64,000 bases of DNA from assembly GCA_977016875.1 (NCBI GenBank), contig CDRNST010000070.1, positions 992,001 to 1,056,000 on the forward strand, given 5' to 3'. The notes below the pieces were generated by a model, which did not search any database, had not been told where the DNA came from, and saw nothing but the letters and a program-made list of their open reading frames with translations. The translations under genes were made by a program, and so were the position numbers. This DNA is from Pavona decussata. Its lineage: Eukaryota. Positions 13,611-49,282 of this stretch are shown one piece after another (within the stretch, counting starts at the first letter, position 1; each line of letters opens with the position of its first letter).

Positions 13611-16600
13611 ATTGATTGACTGATTCGAGTTTAATTACTAACCAATAAGCAATTTTCCAAAAGATTTTCGCCCTTCAGTTTTGTTTTAGACTTTTCTTTA
13701 CCCTGAGCTTTTAAAAACATTTTTAACGAGCGAGATGAAAACCCCGGTTAACTTGTAAACGGGGATTAGCGTTAATCGGCTTTCGAAGAACTGGGCTCTA
13801 GCTTGTAGGAACAGCCTATGGACTGTACATCAGCGACATGTACCACTCCACAAATCCACATATCGTAATACCCAAAACCACGTTGCTTTTGAATTATGAC
13901 TTAATTTTTGCAATAAAGACGTTTGCTAATAAAAAAACCTGTTAAGCAGGGTGTTAGAGGTTAAAAATTGTTTGAATGAAGATATTAAATACTGCTTTAA
14001 ATGACTTCAAATGCGAAGAGGCCGAACGCTGAGAAAATAAAATGGCGGACAATCTTCAGCGCGACCTTACGCATTGAAAATCCAGGCGCCAGTTATTCAA
14101 AGAGCGGATAATTTTTATCCAGCGGATAAGTTGCTATCCAGCAGATAATAAAATATCATCCTGCGAAATCGCCCGATTCAACGGCCGAGTTGGCTAAAAT
14201 CTGGGGATATTCCGCAAGATTGAGCAGAATAATTGTTTTTTTTTTTTATTCAACACATTGATAACAAAGCACAGTTCTATTTGCAGTAAAGCTGGAGACG
14301 ATCTTTATTTTGCCATTTTTCTCCCTGACACACGAAATTACGTACATCGCAGGATATCTGTTGTGTACGGGCGACGAATATTGAGTACACCATGACCATA
14401 TTTGGGCAGTGTTAACAAAATGTATTAATTGAAGCACATTTTATCCGCTGGAAAGTGATTTTTCTGCTGATCAGGTGTTTTGCCGAGAAAGATTTTTTTG
14501 TGTCGATCCTCGTTATTTTATACCCAGTTGACTTTTCATATCTCAGTGCGCGTTTTATGCCCGGTCCGTGTTTTACACTTACCGCATTAGCAACATCGCT
14601 TAACCCACCCCCGCTCCCCCGAAAAAGTCTGTACCTTCATCAGCGTTTTCTGCGCAAATTTTTTTTTGCCACAGGAGTTAGCGCAAAACATGTTTAACCG
14701 AAAATGTTTCGGGAGTTTAATGATGCCATGCAATAAAAATTTGGCAGCTTATAGTAAAACTAAAGGGAACACTCACAGCAAGTTTCCATTCTGAATTAGG
14801 GATTTACGGTATGATCGAGTTTACAACACAATGCGAACAAATTATCATACAAAATCATATAGAATATTGGCTATTCATGTAAGTCAATGATTTTAGCGGT
14901 CATTATACTGCATCTGTTCGGAACAAATGAAATCTCATTTTTTTTCGCGTTAATTGCCAAACGCCAGCGGCAAGAATCGTTGTTGCTCCGAACTAGTTAG
15001 TTAATGGATTTATATAACGTGGTATTTTGCTTGCGATTCACCGCGAGTGCACTAAAACTTCACAAGTGCCGTTATGCCACGAACAGGTGCAAACATCTTG
15101 GAGCTGGAGGAGGACCTACGTCATAACTGTTAAAAAGCAATTTGGGGGCAAAGATCTGTCAAATAGAACATATTACGTTTGATTGTGCGCAATAACAAAT
15201 CAACAGATAAGGCGCCAACCAATCTGACATAATTCAACGCAATGACGCACAGACTCCTTAAAAGGTAAAATGACAGAGTGACAGCTGTTTATGCGAGAAG
15301 GCTGCTAACAGGTGATAAGTAAAGAATAGCAACGAAGCTCGTATGTAGCAGATGTTTTATGTTGGAAAATATCAAATTAAGGCCTTTATATTATAAAGGA
15401 AACGAGAAAACTAGCAACTTTAACGCTTTAAGAACAGATCCTCGTTATTCTTGTCGTTTGTTATTTTCACAATTAACGCTTAGTGTTTTCCCCCAGCCCT
15501 AAATTTCCAAAGTTAACGAGATAAGCAGTTTTCAAATTGCCGACGCTATTTCTATCGATTGTCCTCAAACAAATTGTCGTTTCATTGAAGGGGAAAACCG
15601 TTCAGCACAAAATAGACAATAGTCTTACCTTTATTACAAAGACTTCAATTAATGCGGCTTTTCATAATGTCCGTAATTAAAATGCGATCATAAACTTTCA
15701 AATTGCGAAACCGCAAGGCTGTAGTTAACAACTTTTAGCATGTTTTGAAAAAAAAACAAAGCAGAAGTGAACATTAAGTTTTCTCGATCCCAACTCACGT
15801 TTGAGAAGATTATCCATTAATATTAATAACAGAGACAAAAGAAAAACAAGAGAAGATACAACCGCCAGCGTAAGTATACAAGAAATCGAACAGAAACTCA
15901 CGAAAACACTGGTCGCACAGTAAAGATGTGTTTCAGATAGATACAGGACCATCAGACATAACAAGTAGCAAAAAAATATGATAGATATAAGCGCCTTATT
16001 TTATTCACGGCGCACATAACATTTTAAGCAATACAAAGACGTCACTTGCACCAAAAGCTTTGGACGTCAACGATAACACTTAACGACCCATTATTTATCT
16101 TCACAACAGGCGGCCATCTTACCGGGGTATATGTTTTCTCTTTTTTCTTAATTTAGACGCAAAACCTTAAAAAATGGAAAGTAATAAAATTTCACCTCAT
16201 TTATCGTACATGAAGTGGCATGAAAACCTCGATACAACTGACTTTTCTGCCAGCGATTCCGAACAGGAATCTTCAGTCAGCTCGACTGATAGCTAACAAC
16301 ACAGGTAATCATCCCACGGAGACAATACGCTATCCGCATTAAGGGGCATAGCGAAGCTTTATTAAGATGATTGACGTCTCTAAGAAGCAGGCAGGACGTT
16401 GACAGAGTGTAGAGGAGATCCACCTTTATCTGCCGCAAGTTGCCGTTTGGGGCTTGTCTTCCATAGTGCGACTCAGCTCTTGAAACTGTTGGTATTTTGT
16501 TCGCAAGAACTGGAAGGAAGAAAATGTAAGTCAGTCTTTTATTATTTTAACTCTCACTGCTTGGGATATACAGGTAATGTGGTAACAACTTGGCGTCTTG

Positions 16601-18500
16601 GTGAAATGCTTAGGTCTGGCAGTTTTAACTGTGAGAGACTATCGCCATACTTATCATTCGAAGCGTCAAAAAAGGAGACGAATTGGTCAGTGCGTAATAT
16701 AGATCCTTGGGATGGTGGCTCTAAGCGAGTATAACACGCTACTTGTTGCGGCTTCCCTACTCAGGCAAACTACAATAACAAAATTTGTGACCAAACAACA
16801 TGTGGCCGAGTTTGAAACTCGAAAGATTGTCAACTAACTCGTAAGTTGATTTATTATTTTAAATTTAAATTTCCTTTAACTAACACTGTTACCTTTGATA
16901 ACTACAACTGAAAATTGAAAACAGGACGTGCTTAGTTAATTTTAAATCAGGTAGTTCTGGAAAAGTCAATTCTGTTTTAATCAACAATGAGGAGAAACGC
17001 TTGGAACGAGATAAGGTTATGGTAAAAGCTACTGGCAAAAGTCATACACTGATGAACTTACAGGTCACACCCTCTTCAACTAGCAGAAATGTGAAAGTGC
17101 TCGATTCGAGTGAGCACAAGAAACGTGGTGAACTGAATCCCGCGGAAAATCCCTATACAGTAGAAACAAACTATTTGACGATATAATGCCGTGCGGATGG
17201 ATAAATCTATCCGCCGAGACATGATTTATTCACAGCATCGAGTAAATATTTTTCAAGGAAGACCAGAAACAGATCTAAGAATACCGAGTCACATCGAAGG
17301 TAATCGCTAATCTCATTTAATTTTCCGTGTTAACTGGGACCAGAAATCGAAACAAGAAACTATTTTGAAGACATTACAAACAAAGGTCGTGGTACTCCAA
17401 CGCAGACGAGTTTATCCTTCTTACCATCTATGCCCTAGATTCTAAAACTTAACCGTTAATCTCGGATGATCCGTACAAAAGATAAAAGATAATAGACCGA
17501 CTATGACAATCGACTGGTTCCCGTGCTTTGTCTTCCTTGGAGTATTCAAGTTTTCGCCATTTCCTGAACGTACTGCTTTTCCCACCATCGTCTCATTTGT
17601 TCGTTTGTCAGATGACGTTCGGCGCATTTATTCGTAAATGCGTCTCGGAAGCGTAATTGTTCAGGAAAACGTTTGTATGTTGCCCACATAATAAAGCAAT
17701 TCATCTCCAAATATTTCAGAAAAATAAATTGAAATTTTAACTGCAAGGGGAAGAACTGAAAAACCAACAGTATGAAAATGAAACTACCAAGTGTTTTTAG
17801 TGGTCACACAGGCTCCAAAGTTGTGAGCTCCCTAATTGACACTAGGTTTGACTCCATAGGGGAAAGAGGTAGCAAAATGTACATTCTTCGAGTTTGGTAA
17901 GGCGGTGAAACTGATCTCAAACTAACCAAGACAAACGTAGAAACAAACAAAAAATACAATAAATATATAAACAAAAAAGTAAAATTTTCATATTACAGAC
18001 CCTCATCTTTTGTGGGATGCAAGCAAGCAAATTAAATATGTAACTGGGAAACCAAAGATTCACTTTGTAAAACATTTGCTGTACATCGTCGGAATAACAA
18101 TCGACGACAAGCTGCCCACTAATCTAGTGCCTAGCAAGTAATACGGACTTTTTTCAAACTGTTGTCACGGTTGGGCCGACATATTAAATTTTCTTTTGCA
18201 TAAAAAGGCATGCAAACGAGGCGAAAAGGTCAATAGCATACACGGAGCCTCGTTTGCATGTCAAACCGCTGATGTACAACTTTTCGTCAGTCGTTCGGAA
18301 AAAGTGGCCATTCTGAACAAAGTTACAAAACCTACAACGCATAAACAGCTGACAAATGACATGGTTCCTTTTTGAGACCAGTATTAAATGAGAAAATCGT
18401 TCATTTTTTTATAAAACAGTTCGCTGAAACATTGAAAGGCTTAAATTTGGTTTGTAGCAAGGCATGGTTAGAAATCGAAATGTTGACATTGGCTTTAAAA

Positions 18501-18553
18501 ACTATAACAGGACGTTTCGGTCGCAGCTGCAACCTTCTTCAGGCGTCCCTAGT
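18501..18553 (-). ncRNA. Minimal type-I hammerhead ribozyme motif (Penelope-like element type), stem I partly degenerate
   Basis: Minus strand CUGAAGA-A-GGUUGC(AGCU)GCGACC-GAAAC-GUC. Confidence 0.6.
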
Positions 18554-20149
18554 GATATAAGAATAAAATTAAAAATATACAATAAATGTGACGTTCTTAG
18601 AAAAAACAATACATTTTAATTTTTGACGAGAGTTATGACGATAGCGTAACAATTTCGACGTGTTCTTAGAAATTCTTGAGGTTTTTTAAATACAAACTCC
18701 ATATTGGCAAGGTGCATCAGGAGGCCTTGGAGCATATTTGATGGACAGGGCATTCGAGCCACAACACTGCTTCGCTGATGAACGTTTTAGTCTCTTTTCC
18801 ACACTCCGAAGGTGTAAAACAGAGGTTCCATTCCTTTTATAGCGAAACGCCTTTTTGCACAAACCAATTTATCCCTTGGCTGTATTCAATACCTAACACG
18901 AGTAACACCTGCTGAGTGCCATATCTCGGTCATGATAAGAAAGTTTGAAAACGTTTAGTATACCTAAAACCACAATAGGGAAACCAAACTTTGGGTCAAT
19001 GGTTGTCTTCAAAGAATTACTAAATATCAAGCAAAACACACAATCTACTCAGAAGCCCTCTGGTACATGCTAAGCCCAAATGGCGCAATAAGGTTGACTT
19101 AAATAAAAGGGTGCATCTGTTGTACAATTTACTATTACACAGTAATGGTTTCAACAAGGCGATCGTTTTCAACGCACTAATTCCAGGGAAACTGCTCTCA
19201 ACGAGGGGTTGCCAACGAACGATTTTCTTTAAATTAATTAAACAGACGAAATCGCTCAAGGATGACCTTCGAGATAAAGGTATTAGCGGTAAAACTGATT
19301 TCTCTAACGCTTTGGCAGGAAATGTTTAAACTTATAAAAACTGACGAGAAGTCATGGCAGTTAACAAGAGTAAAGAATCAACTCAAAGTGAGATTTATTC
19401 TGTCTTGGCCTTTAATGAAATGGGTTTGAAAAACTATTCAACAATTCTTAGTCACCGCCTTCAATTAACCCTTGGCGCCACAATTCCACTAATAACAAGA
19501 CACACTGAAACTGCAAAGGATGTATTGCTTTGTTAACAACGACTTCAACATGAAAGGGCAGATTAGATTTCATTAAAATTCGCAGAAACGAACGAAGCTT
19601 TTATCACCGATGACAAAAATCCACCATGGTAGTGAACGCGAACATAAACTTCACAACGACTCCTCCAAATTGAAAATAGTAAACATCAATGCATAACAGA
19701 CATATCCATACCGCACAACCTAACGTCACCCTTAGGACTGATGATAACAAACTTAATCCCCTTTGGAGAAAAAAAAGATCCATTCAAAATTAACCACAAC
19801 TTACAAGAAAAATATCAACTAAACATATTGGACACAAAAAAAGGTAATCTGCCTTTGCAAATCCCCATGGAAAGACCAGAAAAACCGGTTTTCTTTGCTC
19901 TTGGAACAGGAACTTCGTGCCTACTATTAAATTTCAAGAGGAAATGCTTCAACATTTAATAAGCCCTCAATCGGAGTAAGACGGAAATGTCACGATTTCC
20001 CCCGCCTGAGTAAGCACTAAACCTTAATTACTGTTAACACCACGCAACCGCTTTCACAAAGTTTTCATTTCACAAACTGTGTTTTAACGCTTTTACACTC
20101 CTACTTTGAACAAGTCGATGTGGCGCCAAGTTTTCCGAGGCTGTGAATT

Positions 20150-20716
20150 AAATCACTGAAGTGATGGCAATTGTCCAGCACTTTCTTGCAGTACATTTGT
20201 TGTATTGTACAGGGTGGATCTAATTTTTGAGCAAGAGTGAAATCCTGAAGTATGACCATTCACGGCTATTACGCAGTTCTTTACGGTAGAGGTGCTGTTT
20301 GTTGTATGTTACAGCATGGGTCCAACTTTTTGAGCTGTGGGTAAAATCTCAAACTGTGACCACTGAAATGAGAGCAAACAGGCAGTATATCTCGGCGGTA
20401 CGGTTTATTATACTGTGGCGGACATGGTTGTTCTAACTTTTGAGTCTGTGGATGAATATTTTTCTGCGGTACCGTTACCTTATTTGTACAAGGTGGTTCT
20501 ACATTTGGAGTCTACGGATGAAATCCTGAAGTGTGATCATTCAAATAACAGTTATTGACAAGTCCTTTGATACGGTAGTGTTCACTGTATAATGTGGTTT
20601 CAAGAGTCTCTGACTGACATCCATTCAAATGAAAGCCCTTCAGCAAGACGTTTTTTCTTTCCAGATTTTTCCAAAAACAAAATTAATTTTGTTTTCGCTT
20701 TCAGGAGTCAAAGGTT
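20150..20716. repeat. Degenerate tandem repeat array (tgtacaaggtggttctaacttttgagtctgtggatgaaatcc-type unit)
   Basis: Several diverged copies of the unit between 20200 and 20640. Confidence 0.7.
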
Positions 20717-21789
20717 GACTCAGCTGTCAGACATGTGATTACCACGCACTGTGTAAGTGACCAACTCAAGGAGCTTTGGGATGACTCGGCAACAAATATC
20801 CAGACAAAACGAAAACGAAACCAACCATGGGGGATAGTGTTTTAACGATATTTTAATTACAGACATCTAGTCTCGAACATGAAAGGAACGATGACTTTAT
20901 TTCAGTGAAAGAAAAATTGAGCCACTGTAAATCAATAAAAGCAAAGCTATATATATATTAAAGGCAATGTCAAAATTAATAACTTGCTTTGCAACAGACA
21001 ATACCAATACCGTCAATTTAAGCAGGGGCTCGCTTTGTGTTGAAGGTTTATAAAGCTTAAAGTTTTTGTAGTTGAGGACTTTTGAATGGTGGCCCATAAA
21101 CTAAGACAACAAACATCGTGCGACGAAAGTGAAAGCAATCGTATTAATATAAAGATGTCACAAAGTACGAAGTGAAAGGAAACAGATCGACACCAAGCAA
21201 AAACATGGCCGGAAAGAGGCGCTGCAAACTCGTAAACAAACAAGTTGGGAGCTATGCGCATTCGCTTTTGAAGGCCGCAATAAAAGGTTCCCTCGTTAAG
21301 CCAACAGCAGCTCATTAATATGCTAAACTAGACATGCATGTTTTGAACAATCAAGAAGGAATCCTTCGCTTTCGTCGTGGTCGCTTTCCACCGAGTTCAG
21401 CAGTTGATTTTCACCACAAAACCAATAACAAATTCTGTCCTGACATTTTCAATATAGTGTCATGACAAACATCGACACAAGAAACTGAAAATCTGTTCAC
21501 AAAAGATATGACAACCAAACAAGAAGTGACGAACAATACAACCTTACCGTTTCATCTCGGATTTCAATCCGAGCGAATTCAAACGTTTATCCCGGCATAG
21601 CAAGCTCAAATTTTGGCTCCAACCGGTTCACCTCCTCGAGGATTATTATCTCGATGCTTTTTGTGGCTGGTGGGAGAAAAGAAATCGGGTTAAAAGCGAC
21701 AATTTCTCACAACAATTCAATCTTTGTCCACCTAAGAACTGCCAACCGAGCGAAATATTTCCACAATAGAGGGTGCGGCAGGAAAACGC

Positions 21790-21900
21790 AATTGCGTCAG
21801 CCCCCTAAAAAGCCAATGAGAGCTCGAAAAAGACAATAGAGCTGTCAATTCTGGGTGTATTAGCCAATTAAATGGCGACAACTCTCTGCTTTCGCGCGCA
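21790..21900. promoter_or_regulatory. CpG-rich, probably bidirectional promoter of MORC2-like gene
   Basis: Two CCAAT boxes (agccaat at 21811 and 21862), TGCGTCA, YY1-like AAATGGCG (21870), E2F-like TTTCGCGC (21890). Splice donors point away on both sides (+21930, -21547). Confidence 0.55.
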
Positions 21901-22170
21901 TAGGAGTCACGTTGGACTGGTTTGACACGGTATGTATTTCGGTACGCACGCATTTTTGCAGCGCCAACCTCCTTCGTTGTAAGTGTAAAATCTGGGCTTC
22001 AGTTTGCTATGCCGTTAGTAACGCTCTCCTTTCACAACCGCCCTAATTGTTTTCAATTATAGAGAAAAAGAGGAAATCTGTGGATGGGACCTCTTGTGGG
22101 GGATTGAACATTCGGCTCAAGTTTTGCTGACGAGAGCATCTAACTGTCCTGACTGCCGCGGCGACGAAGT

Positions 22171-47950
<25,780 letters not shown>

Positions 47951-49139
47951 CGAAGCAAGTTAATGGATTAAATTTCTTACGTGTCATTTCAAGTAAAGCA
48001 TAATTTTGCTGTTCTTCGTTTTTTACAAGTCAGCTGATGTCCAAGATTTCGTGGACTCGACACTTTTGTATCATGGCGTTAATGTTCAGTTTTGTTTTTT
48101 TAAAAATGTACTCGCGCTGAGCGTGAAGTTATAAATTTGCATTCAGATAGAGATCCTTTTCTACGTGAGCTATTTAACATTGCAACGTGATAACATTTAC
48201 TGTGAGTTGTAATTGTACAGTATAATGCTTTTTTTTTACAAAAAAATAACGAGAAAGCTTGTTTAGAAATTAAATTCTGGAGTACAAATGGCTGCGATGT
48301 TTGAGACGCCACTCCGGTATGAATCTCAGAAGAACAGAAGTCATTTCAAGAGACACTGTAACAAGAAAACGGATCCCCATTTTCACATAGCCACGTTACT
48401 TGGTAAAACCCGTTCAGCGCCTGGAAGGATGACGCCAATCTCCCCACGTTCGAAAGTAACAGGGGTTTACGTGGATGACTACACGGAATACACACAATTC
48501 ATCGCGATAACAAAGACTTTAGCGAAATGATCAGACTAGTACGTTGCTATTAAAGAATATTTATCTTAGAAACGAGAGAGAGCTTTGTGCAAAAGATCCA
48601 TTTTATTTCCCTATCATAATAATTGTAAAAATATTCATTGTTTTTGTTTTTCGGAGAAAATAGTACCACTTATTCAAAAGCTGTGGTGTATCATATTTAA
48701 CCTTTAATTCCCAAATTAAGCATAAAAATCCTTAATTTTTTTAAATACATTTTTTACTATAATTCTCACAACTTCCAGTGCTTACGAATACCCAGTGCGG
48801 AAGGACTTGTTCAGAGAATTAAAGGATTAAAATGATAGACTAACGCTTTACATATAATTTATATATACACAACACAGTCATAACAGTTTGTACCGCTTTG
48901 CAAAGAATATCAACAACCTCGTTCACTCTGTAAGGCTTGACCAAGTAAAAATCTTCAAACAAAATGAAATTCGTACTTGTATTTGGTGTTCGCTCCAGCT
49001 AATAGGCTGGGATTGTGTCGAGTGACAACTGTCCTAGTATCAGCAATTGTGGTTAGCTGACAATTGTTTGGTGGCTGCTGCTTAACCTGAGTAGACACTA
49101 ATGCTGTCTTTTCGTTTGGGATTTGTTCCCGTGATGACG

Positions 49140-49282
49140 TCATGTGATGTCTGTTAGTGGATCTTCACGGCAATTAATGGCGTATAAAAGTTTTTCCGTC
49201 ATTTTTTCCTGGGTCGAGTACTGGGGAAGCTTCACCATGAACATGCACGTTTCCACGCGTATGTAGCGCGCATCTGACGGAC
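49140..49282 (-). CDS. HECTD4: HECTD4-like last exon (catalytic Cys)
   Basis: DARYIRVETCMFMVKLPQYSTQEKMTEKLLYAINCREDPLTDIT*. Confidence 0.93.

Larger units (their letters stand above)
16340..21750 (-). ncRNA. Putative spliced lncRNA/smORF gene divergent from MORC2 (candidate exons about 21750-21548, 17740-17425, 16509-about 16340)
   Basis: Donors ACG|GTAAGG (21548) and ATG|GTAAGA (17425). Acceptors ttcttccccttgcag (17741) and CTGACttacattttcttccttccag (16510). AATAAA at 16358-63. No long ORF. Ends approximate; no expression evidence. Confidence 0.45.

Noticed and set aside
18687-18866. Cys-rich peptide-like frame (..KRLKRSSAKQCCGS..CQYGVCI*) on minus strand
   Set aside because: No ATG, no signal peptide, no convincing splice acceptor.
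20150-20640. CRISPR-like repeat-spacer array
   Set aside because: Eukaryotic context, whole units are degenerate with no unique spacers, no cas genes.
21013-21315. 100-aa minus-strand ORF as a TUG1-encoded protein homologue
   Set aside because: No recognisable similarity; lies in the predicted first intron; composition typical of random ORFs.
21350-21405. Hammerhead-like string on minus strand (CUGCUGA..stem..GAAA)
   Set aside because: Core A6 is C, and no valid stem III or UH cleavage site can be formed.
47951-49139. Overlapping antisense 3' UTRs of MORC2 and HECTD4
   Set aside because: Stops are 1.19 kb apart, but candidate polyA signals (+ ATTAAA near 48269, - AATAAA at 48602-07) allow non-overlapping ends; cannot be supported without transcripts.
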